A stretch of DNA of 64,000 nucleotides from Myxococcota bacterium (GCA_036012755.1 DASCPX010000016.1:64001-128000); one strand, 5' to 3'; counted from the first letter of the stretch, positions 39,971 through 50,236 are shown. Notes: a model not told the origin generated them from the sequence alone. Numbers and translations are program-made.

Positions 39971-40951
39971 ATGAGTTTGAACGAAGCCGCGCCCGAGGGC
40001 GCAACCACCATCTCCGCCGAGGGCGAGGACATCAAGACGGCCCTGGCCGCAGCTGCCACCGAGCTCGGCGTCGACGCCGGGGGCCTCCGCTACGAGGTCG
40101 ACAAGAGCTGGTTCCGCAACGAGAACGGTTCCGTCGTTCCACGCGACACCGTGAAGGTCATCGTCTGGCAGCGCGACGCCTCCGAGGTCGCGGTCATCGG
40201 CGACACGAGCAAGTGGATGACCGAGCTCTTGAAGCACCTCGAGATCGACGGGCAGGTCAACGTCGCCCTGGCCGACGCCGCCGTCGCCGTTCGCATCCGT
40301 TGCGACAAGGCGGGCCGGCTCGTCGGGCGACGCGGCCGCACCCTGCAGGCTGTCGAGCATCTGCTCGCCCAGTCCGTCGGCGCGGACCACCCGGACGCGA
40401 GGTTCCGCATCGACGTCGCAGACACCCGCAAGCGAGAGGACCGTGACGAGCGCGGCGGCCGCCGAGATCGTGGTGAGCGCCGGGACCGCGGTGACCGCGG
40501 TGAGCGCCGAGATCGTGGTGACCGCGGTGAGCGCCGGGATCGCGGTGACCGCCGGGATCGCGGTGAGCGCCGGGATCGCGGTGAGCGCCGGGATCGCGGT
40601 GACCGCGGTGACCGTCGGGACAAGCAGGACGACGCCCGCAACCAGCGTCGGCTCGAGGACCTCGCCAAGAAGATCGCCAAGCGCGTCGCGAAGTCCGGCG
40701 AGTCCGAGGTCGTCCGCAAGGAGCTCAACAGCTTCGACCGCCGGATCGTGCACGTGACCATCGCCGAGGTCGATGGCGTCGGGACCCGGAGCATCGGCGA
40801 CGGTAACCACAAGCAGATCGAGATCTACCCCCTGAACGAGTTCACCGACGACGACACCTCGACCGACGAGGTCACGGACGTCGAGGAAAGCGTCGAGGAA
40901 AGCGTCGAGGAAAGCGTCGAGGCATCCGAGGGGACCGAAGCGTCCGCGTGA
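39971..40951 (+). CDS. jag: Jag/KhpB RNA-binding protein (Jag-N, KH, R3H)
   Basis: LVGRRGRTLQA (KH), NSFDRRIVH (R3H); position between yidC and mnmE. Confidence 0.9.
   Translation: MSLNEAAPEGATTISAEGEDIKTALAAAATELGVDAGGLRYEVDKSWFRNENGSVVPRDTVKVIVWQRDASEVAVIGDTSKWMTELLKHLEIDGQVNVALADAAVAVRIRCDKAGRLVGRRGRTLQAVEHLLAQSVGADHPDARFRIDVADTRKREDRDERGGRRDRGERRDRGDRGERRDRGDRGERRDRGDRRDRGERRDRGERRDRGDRGDRRDKQDDARNQRRLEDLAKKIAKRVAKSGESEVVRKELNSFDRRIVHVTIAEVDGVGTRSIGDGNHKQIEIYPLNEFTDDDTSTDEVTDVEESVEESVEESVEASEGTEASA
40438..40622 (+). repeat. Intragenic tandem repeat encoding (RDRGE/DR)n
   Basis: Repeated cgccgggatcgcggtgag/gaccgcggt units. Confidence 0.9.
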
Positions 40952-40967
40952 ACGGGCTGGAGAGCTC

Positions 40968-42275
40968 GTGAGAATCGTCGCCTGCGCGACCCCATGGGGG
41001 CGCGCGGCGATCGCCGTCGTGCGCCTCAGCGGCGAAGACATCGATGTCCTCGCCAGGCGCTTCGTGCGCCCGGGCGGCGGCTGGCCCCCACCTCGGCGGG
41101 CCCGGCTCGCCGAGCTCTTCGACGCGGACGGGGTCTTCGACGAGGGCCTGCTCACGTGGATGCCAGGGCCTCACAGCTACACGGGCGAGGACTGCCTCGA
41201 GCTGAGCTGTCACGGCAACCCGCTGTCGGTGGAGCGCCTGTTGGCCGCGGCGGTCTCCGCGGGCGCGCGCATCGCCGAGCCGGGGGAGTTCACCCGGCGG
41301 GCCTTCTTGAACGGTCGGCTCGATCTCACCCGCGCAGAGGCCGTGCTCCAGGCCATCGAGGCCCGCTCGGCCCGGGGGCTAGAGGTCGCGCGAGCGGGGC
41401 AGCTCGGAGAGATCCTGGCCTTGTCCGAGTCGCTCCGGCAGGGTCTCGTGGATGCCCTCGCCGAGCTCGAGGCCAGGATCGACCACCCGGCAGAGGACCT
41501 CGTCTACGAGCAGGACGCCGTGCTTCGGGCTCGACTCGCGTCGATCGGGGATCGCGCGCGCGCCGCTGCCGCCACCTTTCGCGCCGGAGTCGTCCTGGTC
41601 GAGGGCGCGACAGTGGCCCTGGTGGGGCCGGTCAATGGGGGCAAGTCCTCGCTGTTCAACGCCCTGGGTGGCTCGACGCGAGCGCTGGTCAGTCCGACGC
41701 CGGGCACCACCCGGGACGTCATCGAGCGCCCCGTCATCCTCTGCGGCGTCGCGGTCACGCTGCTCGACACCGCCGGCCAGCGCCCGGCCAGGGGTCTCGA
41801 GGCAGAGGGCATCGCGCTGGGCCGGGCCCTGGTGGAGCACGCTGATCTCTTCGTCGTCGTCGTTCCTGCTCACGAGCCCGAGGCGGCCGCGGAGGTGCTC
41901 CGTTGGTCCGAAGGGCGCCACCGCCTCATCGTTCACAACCACGCGGATCGGGCGCCGGTGCTCGAGGGGCTCTCCACCGTCGCTTCCGAGGGCCTGGGGG
42001 TCGACGCCCTCGGCGAGGCCATCGCGCACTGTCTCCTCGGTGAGGAGCCCGGTGGCGCCGGGGTCGTCATCGCTTCGCAGCGTCAGCGGGATCGCTTGTT
42101 GGAGGTCAGCGAGGCAGTCGAGCGCTGCCTGGCCGCGATGGCCTCTGATGCGGGGGAAGCCATCGCCGCCCAGGAATTGTATGGTGCCTTGGAGCGGCTC
42201 GACGCGCTGACTGGCCGTGACGGCCGCGAGGCGGTGCTGGAGGCCCTCTTCTCCCGCTTCTGCATCGGAAAGTAG
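40968..42275 (+). CDS. mnmE: tRNA modification GTPase MnmE
   Basis: ATP.G.AAIAVVRLSG, SYTGED, PGEFTRRAFLNG, GGKSSLFN, PGTTRD, DTAG, FCIGK. Confidence 0.96.
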   Translation: MRIVACATPWGRAAIAVVRLSGEDIDVLARRFVRPGGGWPPPRRARLAELFDADGVFDEGLLTWMPGPHSYTGEDCLELSCHGNPLSVERLLAAAVSAGARIAEPGEFTRRAFLNGRLDLTRAEAVLQAIEARSARGLEVARAGQLGEILALSESLRQGLVDALAELEARIDHPAEDLVYEQDAVLRARLASIGDRARAAAATFRAGVVLVEGATVALVGPVNGGKSSLFNALGGSTRALVSPTPGTTRDVIERPVILCGVAVTLLDTAGQRPARGLEAEGIALGRALVEHADLFVVVVPAHEPEAAAEVLRWSEGRHRLIVHNHADRAPVLEGLSTVASEGLGVDALGEAIAHCLLGEEPGGAGVVIASQRQRDRLLEVSEAVERCLAAMASDAGEAIAAQELYGALERLDALTGRDGREAVLEALFSRFCIGK

Positions 42276-42285
42276 GATCTCCAGC

Positions 42286-43218
42286 ATGCGCACGCTCTTC
42301 GTGATGGACCCGCTCGATCGGATCGACATCGCCGGCGACTCGACCTACGTGCTGATGCTCGAGAGCGTCCGTCGCGGCTTTCCGATCGCGATGTGCACGG
42401 TGGACACCCTCAGCGTGCGGGACAACCAGCCGTGGGCGGTGACGACGCCGGTGCACGTCACCGACGCGCCCCCGTACTTCCACCCTGGGGAAGCTCGGGG
42501 GGAGCCGCTGTCGGCCTACGACTGCGTGTGGATGCGCAAGGACCCGCCCTTCGACATGGACTACGTCTTCGCGACCTACCTGCTCGACCTCGCGGACTGC
42601 CTCGTCCTGAACGACCCGCGCACCATCAAGCTCGCCCAGGAGAAGCTCTACGCGCTCCAGTGGCCGGAGCTGTGCCCGCCGACCTTGGTCACCAACCGCC
42701 TGGCGGACGTGAGGGCCTTCGCCGCCGAGCATGACCGGGTCGTGCTGAAGCCCTGGGACGGCAACGGCGGTCGCGGCATCGTGATCACCCAGGAGGGTGA
42801 CCGGAACCTGGGCGCGCTCGTGGAGCTGTTGACGGACGAGGGCGGGAGCTACTGCATCGCCCAGCGCTACCTGCCCGCGATCGAGACAGGGGGGGACAAG
42901 CGCATCTTGCTCGTCGAGGGCGAGCTCCGCGGGTGGTTCGCGCGCATCCCGGGCAAGGACGATCACCGTGGGAACATGCACGTCGGAGCGAGTGTCATCA
43001 GCTACGAGCTGCCAGCACGGGACCGGGAGATCTGCGAGGCGCTGGCGCCCCGCCTGAAGGCCGAGGGCCTCGTCTTCGTAGGGATCGATGTGATCGGCGA
43101 ACACCTGACCGAGATCAACGTGACCAGCCCTACTGGCTTGCGAGAGGTGCAGGCTCTGCAGGGCCGTGATCTCGGAGCCGAGCTCATCGACGCGGCTCTG
43201 TCCCGGAGGTCGACGTGA
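42286..43218 (+). CDS. gshB: Glutathione synthetase
   Basis: FVMDP, MRKDPPFD..Y, EKL, GDKRI, RGN, GIDVIG..LTEINVTSPTG. Confidence 0.95.
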   Translation: MRTLFVMDPLDRIDIAGDSTYVLMLESVRRGFPIAMCTVDTLSVRDNQPWAVTTPVHVTDAPPYFHPGEARGEPLSAYDCVWMRKDPPFDMDYVFATYLLDLADCLVLNDPRTIKLAQEKLYALQWPELCPPTLVTNRLADVRAFAAEHDRVVLKPWDGNGGRGIVITQEGDRNLGALVELLTDEGGSYCIAQRYLPAIETGGDKRILLVEGELRGWFARIPGKDDHRGNMHVGASVISYELPARDREICEALAPRLKAEGLVFVGIDVIGEHLTEINVTSPTGLREVQALQGRDLGAELIDAALSRRST

Positions 43219-44426
43219 TCCTGCTGTTTGCCACCCTGGCCCTCGCCGACGACGAGCCAGCGGTCGAAGCGAGCGAGACGATCACCGGCGACGCCGAGCG
43301 CCCGGAGCTCGGAGAGGTCGAGGAGCGTGCCTCTGAGGTCGACCTGGTGGAGGCCGAGGGCGAGTGGAACGCCCGAGTGGTCTACGGGGCGCGAGCCCTG
43401 TCGCTCGAAGAGGACTTCGTCGGGCAGGTTCAGCGAGGCTGCGAGCTCATCTTCGAGCGGCAGTACGGGACCGCGAAGAAGCACTGGAAGCAGATGGGCA
43501 AGGACTGGCCAGACCGCGGCATCGAGCACGCCGGGCACGTGTTGGTCTACCAGGCGCTGATGATGGAGAACTTCGACTTCGCCTGGGAGAAGTCCTACAA
43601 GAAGTCCAACGACGCAGCCATGGCCGAGCTCGAGCTGGCGATCGACGAGCCGGGCCGTGAAGGCTGGGACCACTTCCTCGCGGCGGCGATGCTGGGGGTG
43701 GAGGCGATCCACCTCATGCGCAAGGAGGACTACCTCCCCGCCATCTGGCGAGGCCTCGAGGCGGTCGAGCACGTCGACGTCGTGCGCCAGGTGGCACCGG
43801 ACTTCAAGGACGTGCTGCTCGGCGATGGCCTCTACAAGTACTGGCGGTCGGTGGTCACCATGTCCTACAAGGCGCTCCCGGACTTCGGCGACGAGCGCGC
43901 CGACGGCATCGCCGACATGGTGCAGGCGGAGAAGGAGGCCGTCTTCCTCGGGCCAGGCGCGACCCTGGCGCTGGCCTTCACCTGGATCGAGGAGCGCAAG
44001 ATGGACAAGGCGCTGTCCTCGACCTTGAAGAACCACCGAGCCTACCCGGACAACGTGGTCAACAACCTCGTGCTGTCCCGGGTCTACCTCTTCCAGAAGC
44101 GGTACAAGGACTCCAAGAAGATCCTCGACGAGGTGGTGGCCGATGCCCCCGAGAACGAGCGGGTCCACTACTACCTGGCGACGGTGAACCAGAAGCTGAA
44201 GGACTACTCGGCGGCCGAGGAGGAGATCGACCTCTACCTCAGCTTCGACTTGCTGCCCTACTACGAGGCCCAGGCCTATCACCGCAAGGGCGAGCTCTAC
44301 TTCCGCCGAAAGGACTACGCGACCGCGGAGGCGTGGTTCAAGAAGGCCGTGAAGACCGACGGCTACAAGCCCGCCAAGAGGCGCCTCGAGAAGCTCAAGA
44401 AGATGAGGAAGGACGGCGAGTACTGA
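43215..44426 (+). CDS. Exported TPR-repeat protein
   Basis: Short signal MILLFATLALA; C-terminal TPR-like helices. Confidence 0.75.
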   Translation: MILLFATLALADDEPAVEASETITGDAERPELGEVEERASEVDLVEAEGEWNARVVYGARALSLEEDFVGQVQRGCELIFERQYGTAKKHWKQMGKDWPDRGIEHAGHVLVYQALMMENFDFAWEKSYKKSNDAAMAELELAIDEPGREGWDHFLAAAMLGVEAIHLMRKEDYLPAIWRGLEAVEHVDVVRQVAPDFKDVLLGDGLYKYWRSVVTMSYKALPDFGDERADGIADMVQAEKEAVFLGPGATLALAFTWIEERKMDKALSSTLKNHRAYPDNVVNNLVLSRVYLFQKRYKDSKKILDEVVADAPENERVHYYLATVNQKLKDYSAAEEEIDLYLSFDLLPYYEAQAYHRKGELYFRRKDYATAEAWFKKAVKTDGYKPAKRRLEKLKKMRKDGEY

Positions 44427-44443
44427 CGTCGCCCAGAGTATTT

Positions 44444-44477
44444 CGGGGGCCGACTCCCTCTCGAGAGCCGACCCCCG
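44444..44477 (-). terminator. Strong hairpin between convergent genes (terminator or structured RNA)
   Basis: Minus strand CGGGGGUCGGCUCUC-GAGA-GGGAGUCGGCCCCCG: 15 bp with 3 G-U pairs and a GNRA loop. Confidence 0.55.
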
Positions 44478-44569
44478 GGTGGGGTCTCCGCTGCGGGCCC
44501 AGGCACAGGGACATCGCTGCGGGGAGGGGGGCGGCCGTCACCCCGCGCCTCCAATTCGAAGTGGGAAGA

Positions 44570-45409
44570 TCAGTCTGGGATGAACAGCTCCATTCCGACC
44601 TGAAGTGCGTTGGAGCCGTGGAGGAGGTCCTCGTTGGCGTCGCGGATCTGCTCCCAGCGGTTGCTGGTTCCGTAGACCTTCTGCGACACGACGCTGAGGT
44701 TGTCTCCCTTGGACACGACGTAGATGCGGGGAACTGCGGGCTCGACGGCGACCGGGGCCTCTGCTGGCTCGGGGGCTACCTCTACGACCGGTGCGATCAC
44801 CTCGGCGGGCGGCTCTTCTGCGGTGGAGACCTCGGCCGGGTCGTCCCCCACGAGCACGCTGCCGAGCAGCGCCAGGATGCAGACGACACCGACCACGGAG
44901 GTCGCGCTCATCCACAGGCGCGCCTTGTCGGTCAGCTCGCGAACGCTGCGCTCGAGGCGGGTGTTCTCCGCCCGGAGTCGGCGGGCCTCGTCGCGCAGGG
45001 TGTGGAGCTCGCCGCGGGTAGCGGCCATGACCTTGTCGTCGCGGGACGACCGGGAGCTCGCGTCCCTGGAAGCCGCGACGGACTCGCGCAGGCCAGGAGG
45101 CAGGCGCACGCCGCAAGCGCTGGTCGCGTCCAGCTGGGCGATGGCGTCCTGCCAGCGCTTCTGGGCTACGAACACCTTGGCGAGGAGCAGGTGCGCCTGG
45201 CCGTCGTGGGGGTCGAGACACAGCAGCATGCGCAGGCGGTCCCGGGCCTTGTTGAGCTGGCCACCGCGGGCGAGCTCCACAGCTTCGTCGAAGAGGTCGG
45301 CGGTCGCATCGACCCCGCGATCTTCGAGGACTTCTGCGATTCTGCGAGCACCTCCGGCACCGTGGCCGCGGGGGTCCTCGTCGAAGGGGATCGGATCGGG
45401 TGCTGGCAT
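44570..45409 (-). CDS. Bitopic TPR - coiled coil - TM - LysM protein
   Basis: TPR (AHLLLAKV), TM segment, LysM YVVSKGDNLS.VSQKVYG...W..I..AN...L.VG..L.IP. Confidence 0.85.
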   Translation of the reverse strand: MPAPDPIPFDEDPRGHGAGGARRIAEVLEDRGVDATADLFDEAVELARGGQLNKARDRLRMLLCLDPHDGQAHLLLAKVFVAQKRWQDAIAQLDATSACGVRLPPGLRESVAASRDASSRSSRDDKVMAATRGELHTLRDEARRLRAENTRLERSVRELTDKARLWMSATSVVGVVCILALLGSVLVGDDPAEVSTAEEPPAEVIAPVVEVAPEPAEAPVAVEPAVPRIYVVSKGDNLSVVSQKVYGTSNRWEQIRDANEDLLHGSNALQVGMELFIPD

Positions 45410-45542
45410 CTGGGGCGGGGGTGGGCTGGCTAGGAGGGAGGGGGATGCCGGCCCGGGAGGAGATCGAAGAGGACCACGTAAGTGTCGACTCGTCAAGACT
45501 TTTTCTGCGAGCGATCCTTGGAGGTGTCAGATAGACGCGGCC

Positions 45543-47015
45543 ATGGCGCGAGATCGCAAACCGCCTCGATCCGGTCGGCACCCGCCCCACCGGCGCCGAG
45601 AGGACAGCCTCGTCGTGACGCCGAGCTTCTGGAGCCCGCGCGGCGAAGCCGTGTGTCCGGGACAGCGCAAGCCGCTCCTGGTCTGGCAGGGAATCCCCGG
45701 GGACCAGTGTCGGGTCCAGGTCCGCGCTCGCGGCAGCCAGCAGGTCTACACGCACTGGTGCGAGTCTCGCGTCCCGGATCCGCGTCGAGTGGAGCCGGTC
45801 TGCGACCGCTTCCACCCCTGCGGCGGGTGTCCGCTGATGCACGTTGTCCCAGAGGCGCAGCAGGACGCCCGGGTCTGGCTCGTCGCGGCGGCGCTGGAGC
45901 GCGCTGGAATCGGTGACGTCGAGGTGTCCCCGATCAAGCGCAGCCCAGACGGCGAGCTCGGCTTCCGCCACGTCCTGAAGCTCCTCGCCGGACGCTCGGA
46001 TCGCGGGAATCCCCAGCTCGGTGCCCCGGGCCGCTTCACGCGCCGCGTCGTGCCCATCCCCGAGTGCCACGTCGTGCACCCGGACCTGCGCCGCCTGACC
46101 AAGTCCGCCGCCCACCACATGATCGACCTGGACGTGTGGCCCTTCGACGGAGAGCGAGGGCTGCTCCGCTACGTGCAAGCCCGCCGTTCGCGCAAGACCG
46201 GCGAGCTCCTGGTGACGATCGTCGCCCGGTACGAAGCCCGGGTGCTGTCGACCTACGCAGAGGCCATCGCCCATGCCGTCGACAACGTCATCGGCGTGCA
46301 CCTGCACATCAACGAGCGCCAGGACAACGCCATCTTCGAGCGCGACGAGGAGGGCGAGATCCCGACCCGGTGTCTGCTCGGCGAGGGTTTCCTCCTCGAG
46401 TCCCTCGTCGGCGTCGACTACCACGTGGGTCCAGCGGACTTCTTCCAGACCAACCCGAGCGTCGCCGAGGTCCTCTACCGGGACGTCATCGAGGCCGCCT
46501 CCTTCGGTGGGGACGCAGACGGGATCCCCGTGGTCGACCTCTACAGTGGGGTCGGCGGCTTCGCCCTCGCCCTCGCCCCGGAGACCGGCTGGGCCCTGGG
46601 GGTCGAGGCCAACGCCAGCGCCGTCCGTCGGGCTCGCGAGGCAGCCCGCAACGGGCGCGTGCCCGCGGAGTTCGTCCGAGGGCTCGTCGCTGACGTGCTG
46701 CCCGATCTGAGAAAGCGCCTCGAAGATCGGCGGCCGGTCGTCGTCGTCGATCCGGCGCGCCGTGGTCTCGAAGCAGAGGTCGCCGAGGGCATCCTCTCGC
46801 TCCACCCGCGCCGGGTCGTCTACGTCAGCTGTTCCCCGCGCAGCCTCGCCGCGGACCTCGCCGACTTCATGGAGAGGGGGTGGACCGTGTCCACCCTCCA
46901 GCCCTACGACATGTTCCCCCAGACCGCGCACGTGGAGCTCATGGCCGTGCTCGATCCGCCGGACGCCGAGCTGGCCCCCGCCAAGCGGGCTCCCCGCCGG
47001 CGGATCGTCCGCTGA
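45543..47015 (+). CDS. rlmD: 23S rRNA m5U methyltransferase (RlmD/TrmA family)
   Basis: C..F..CGGC Fe-S motif, FFQTN, DLYSGVG, VDP.R.GL, YVSC, DMFPQTAHVE. Confidence 0.92.
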   Translation: MARDRKPPRSGRHPPHRRREDSLVVTPSFWSPRGEAVCPGQRKPLLVWQGIPGDQCRVQVRARGSQQVYTHWCESRVPDPRRVEPVCDRFHPCGGCPLMHVVPEAQQDARVWLVAAALERAGIGDVEVSPIKRSPDGELGFRHVLKLLAGRSDRGNPQLGAPGRFTRRVVPIPECHVVHPDLRRLTKSAAHHMIDLDVWPFDGERGLLRYVQARRSRKTGELLVTIVARYEARVLSTYAEAIAHAVDNVIGVHLHINERQDNAIFERDEEGEIPTRCLLGEGFLLESLVGVDYHVGPADFFQTNPSVAEVLYRDVIEAASFGGDADGIPVVDLYSGVGGFALALAPETGWALGVEANASAVRRAREAARNGRVPAEFVRGLVADVLPDLRKRLEDRRPVVVVDPARRGLEAEVAEGILSLHPRRVVYVSCSPRSLAADLADFMERGWTVSTLQPYDMFPQTAHVELMAVLDPPDAELAPAKRAPRRRIVR

Positions 47016-47028
47016 TACGCTGCCGGGC

Positions 47029-48537
47029 ATGCTCGGACTGCTCCTCTGCCTGATGAACCCGGCGCTCGCGGAAGATCTGCGCGAGCCGACCCGCGTCTTC
47101 GTCTCCGAGTTCCAGGCCTCCAGCAAGGAAGCCGAGAGCCTGGCGGTGCTGCTGTCGGGCTTCCTCTCTTCCCAGCTGGGGGACCACCCGGATCTCGTCA
47201 GCATCCCCGCGAGCGCCGCCCCCGACTTCGGCGAGTACAGCGCCCGGGTCTACCTCCTGTCCTGCCCTCCCGGCGAGTACCTCGGCTGCGCCTTCGTCGT
47301 CGGCGACCGGGTCGAGGCGCGCTACGCCATCGCCGGCACCGTCGCGACCACGACCAGCGGCAGTGTCGTCCACGTCACCATCATCGACGTCTGGAACTCC
47401 CGCGAGGCCCTGGCCTTCGACGCGGAGCTCGGGCTCGGGGACGACCAGGCCTTCGCAGAGGGCGTCGCCCAGATCCTCGTCGCCGTGATCGAAGGGCGCG
47501 AGGGGCGTCACGACGACATTCGTGAGTTCGACGACCCGGAGCTGGAGGCCCAGGCCCGCGCCGACGCCGAGCTGGCCTCTCGCCAGCTGGCTGCCCTCGC
47601 CGCCGAGATCGGCGACGTCACCACGCTGACCTCTCGTGGTGGTGGTGCCATCGATCGCCCCGAGTACACCCTCGGGGACCTCGAGCTGGAAAGTCGCACG
47701 GACGCCCGGCCAGCCTGGGAGATGCTCGGCATGACCCCGGGCGAGTACATCAAGTACAAGAACTCGGGCCTGACCGTGCTCCAGTGGCGGGATCTCGCGG
47801 CGGGCCGCCGGCACCAGGTCGTCGTGCGCATGGGCGGCCTGGTCTCCCTCGGACCGTGGTCGTCGACCTACGAGGGCTGGTACGCCCAGGACAGCACCAC
47901 CGGCGAGGTCATGGAGGCCAAGGCCTGGCAGGCCCGGTCGGCCAGCTCCGGATCCGGCGGTACGGCCTGGGTGGGCTTCGGCGTGCACCCGCTGCTCGAG
48001 GTGGACCTCGGCCTGGGCGCCGTCTCCGGCCGCTACTACATGCACATCCAGCAGGAGATCGTCGGAGATGAGCCCATCGTGCGCGACGGCGTCGACTTCG
48101 GCGCTCCCAACTTCCTCGTCGGCGCTCGGGTGATCGGAGCTCCCCTGCCGACGCACACGCTGCGTCCCCAGCTCGGCATCGGGGCGCTGTACGTCATCGG
48201 CGAGGGCAACGAGAGGAACCAGATTCCGGCTTCTGCCACGACCCTGCCGAGCTTCGCGGGAAACCACCTCCTGCTCATACAGGTGCTCCCCGGGGCCGAG
48301 GTCAGCTTGTCCGACACGCTCGATCTGTACCTGGTCGTGCCGCTGTCGGCTGTCATCGCCGGCCAACCGCAGAGGACCTGGAGCGGCGAAGCGAAGACCC
48401 CGGGCGCCCTCCAGACCTACCAGGACCCCGCGGCCGCTCCGATCTTCAGCGCCGGGGCCGAAGCCGGCTTCGCGGTTCGGCTCGGTGGCGGTCCGAAGCC
48501 TATGCCCAGGTTCGACGACCTGGACGAGCCCGAATGA
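47029..48537 (+). CDS. Hypothetical exported protein (alpha/beta N-domain plus probable beta-barrel)
   Basis: Signal MLGLLLCLMNPALA; amphipathic strands in the C-terminal half. Confidence 0.65.
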   Translation: MLGLLLCLMNPALAEDLREPTRVFVSEFQASSKEAESLAVLLSGFLSSQLGDHPDLVSIPASAAPDFGEYSARVYLLSCPPGEYLGCAFVVGDRVEARYAIAGTVATTTSGSVVHVTIIDVWNSREALAFDAELGLGDDQAFAEGVAQILVAVIEGREGRHDDIREFDDPELEAQARADAELASRQLAALAAEIGDVTTLTSRGGGAIDRPEYTLGDLELESRTDARPAWEMLGMTPGEYIKYKNSGLTVLQWRDLAAGRRHQVVVRMGGLVSLGPWSSTYEGWYAQDSTTGEVMEAKAWQARSASSGSGGTAWVGFGVHPLLEVDLGLGAVSGRYYMHIQQEIVGDEPIVRDGVDFGAPNFLVGARVIGAPLPTHTLRPQLGIGALYVIGEGNERNQIPASATTLPSFAGNHLLLIQVLPGAEVSLSDTLDLYLVVPLSAVIAGQPQRTWSGEAKTPGALQTYQDPAAAPIFSAGAEAGFAVRLGGGPKPMPRFDDLDEPE

Positions 48538-49541
48538 ACCGTCGCACGGCTCTGAAAGGGGGCGCGGCCGCCGTCGCCCTGGTCGCGCTCGGGCTCGGAG
48601 GGGCCATCCACTTCAGCCGCAACAAGGGCAGCACGAAGTCGGACATGATCTCTGGCCGCTGGGATCTCGTCGGCGAGGGGCACTGGCTCCTGCCCGGGCT
48701 GCGCGACGCCCAGATGTTCGTGCCCGACCGCCCCCACTCCAAGGCCGAGGCGATGGACGCCGCGCTGAGGGCGAAGATCAAGCGGCTCCGGCGCTTCTCG
48801 GTCAACAGCAACGACTGGCGCATGCGGGGGCTGCGCGAGTGCACGGACGCGCCGGCAGAGGGTGTCTTCCGCATCGCCTGCCTGGGCGACTCGGTGACCT
48901 TCGGTTGGGGGGTCGAGGACCACGAGGCCTGGCCTGCCCTGGTGGAGCAGCGCCTGCGCGATCGCGGCGTGAACGCAGAGGTGCTCAACGTCGGCGTTCC
49001 TGCTCAGCGCGTCGAGGCGATGTGTGCCTGGATCCGCAGCGCGGGCCCGCGGCTCGGTCTGCACGGGGTGGTCATCGCAGAGCGCGTCGAGGGCCAGCGC
49101 CCCGAGCAGTACGCCAAGCTCGTCAGAGACGCGCTGCTCTACATCGCCCCGGCGAAGGCGATGCTGGCGCTCCCCCCCATCTCCCGCTTCGATGCACGCG
49201 GGCGCGAGAGCTACCGCGTCGAGCACCGGCGTCTGCAAGAGAGCATGGGTCGAACCCCGGTGGTCGAGCTGACGGACAGGCTCTGGGCCGCCCAGACCGA
49301 GACCGGCGTCGATCTGAGGGTCGAGGGCGACAGCTTCGTCGTCTTCCGGCGCGACACCGGAGAGGTCCTGCTCGAGGCCCGCCACCAGGGGCCGGACCTG
49401 CCAGCGTCCATCTACGCGCTCTTCGACGAAGACGACTCCGTGAAGGAGCCGCTGTTCTTCGACGAGGGTCACCCGGACGCCGAGGGCTTCCATGTCTTCG
49501 CAGATGGCGTCGTCGAGACCATGGACTCGTGGTTCTCCTGA
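48534..49541 (+). CDS. SGNH/GDSL hydrolase with Tat-like signal
   Basis: MNRRTALK; CLGDSVTFG, EVLNVGV, DEGHP. Confidence 0.85.
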   Translation: MNRRTALKGGAAAVALVALGLGGAIHFSRNKGSTKSDMISGRWDLVGEGHWLLPGLRDAQMFVPDRPHSKAEAMDAALRAKIKRLRRFSVNSNDWRMRGLRECTDAPAEGVFRIACLGDSVTFGWGVEDHEAWPALVEQRLRDRGVNAEVLNVGVPAQRVEAMCAWIRSAGPRLGLHGVVIAERVEGQRPEQYAKLVRDALLYIAPAKAMLALPPISRFDARGRESYRVEHRRLQESMGRTPVVELTDRLWAAQTETGVDLRVEGDSFVVFRRDTGEVLLEARHQGPDLPASIYALFDEDDSVKEPLFFDEGHPDAEGFHVFADGVVETMDSWFS

Positions 49542-50236
49542 TCGCAGCGGGCACGGCCACCCTCGGCGACGGTCGCGCACCCGACAGCCCCACCCGAGAG
49601 GTCGAGCTCGAGGCCTACCGGATCGACCAGACGGAGGTCAGCATCGCCGCCTTCGAGGCCTGGGTCGAAGAGGGCTACGCGACGCGGGCTCACTGGAGCG
49701 ACGCGGGCTGGGAATGGGCCCAGGCCCATCCGCAGGGGGCTGGGCCCGAGCTCCGAGCTGGCGACCGGAGCGGCGAGCACCCCGTGGTTGCCGTCACCTT
49801 CTGGGAGGCCGAGGCCTTCTGTGCGGCCGGAAGCGGTCGGCTCCCCACCGAGGCCGAGTGGGAGCACGCCGCCTGCGCGCACGGCTCTCGCTACGCCTGG
49901 GGTGACTCGGTGGAGGCCGCCGCCGTCTGGTACGCCGGCGACAAGTACGGCCACGTCGCCAGCATCGCGACGGCACCGGTCTCAGAGCAGGACCCGACGC
50001 TCGCGAGCCCGGCGGGGCTCTTGCACACAGCTGGCAACGTGTGGGAGTGGACCGCGTCCAGCTACCACCGGGATCCGAGCTTCGAGCAACAGACCCCTTG
50101 GCGCGTCGTGCGCGGGGGGAGCTTCGCGAACCTGCCCAGCTACTGCACCTGCACCCACCGGGAACCTCGTGTTCCGGAGGACGCGATGATGACGACGGGC
50201 TTCCGCTGCGCCTACGCGGCGGACCAGGCTGGCTAG
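49529..50236 (+). CDS. FGE-sulfatase (SUMF1/EgtB/PvdO) domain protein
   Basis: HPVVAVT, RLPTEAEWE, GNVWEW, RGGSF, GFRC. Confidence 0.88.
   Translation: MVLLIAAGTATLGDGRAPDSPTREVELEAYRIDQTEVSIAAFEAWVEEGYATRAHWSDAGWEWAQAHPQGAGPELRAGDRSGEHPVVAVTFWEAEAFCAAGSGRLPTEAEWEHAACAHGSRYAWGDSVEAAAVWYAGDKYGHVASIATAPVSEQDPTLASPAGLLHTAGNVWEWTASSYHRDPSFEQQTPWRVVRGGSFANLPSYCTCTHREPRVPEDAMMTTGFRCAYAADQAG

Noticed and set aside
40438..40622. Repeat array as possible CRISPR
   Set aside because: No unique spacers, in-frame coding repeat, no cas genes
38144..41155. 1003-aa minus-strand ORF and many other long overlapping ORFs (e.g. 12298-14313, 31426-33168, 51287-53563, 59578-61914)
   Set aside because: Antisense or alternate-frame shadows of clear genes, expected with high GC3; no recognisable motifs
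49529..50236. True formylglycine-generating enzyme
   Set aside because: Lacks the CxxxxC catalytic arrangement, and no sulfatase is adjacent
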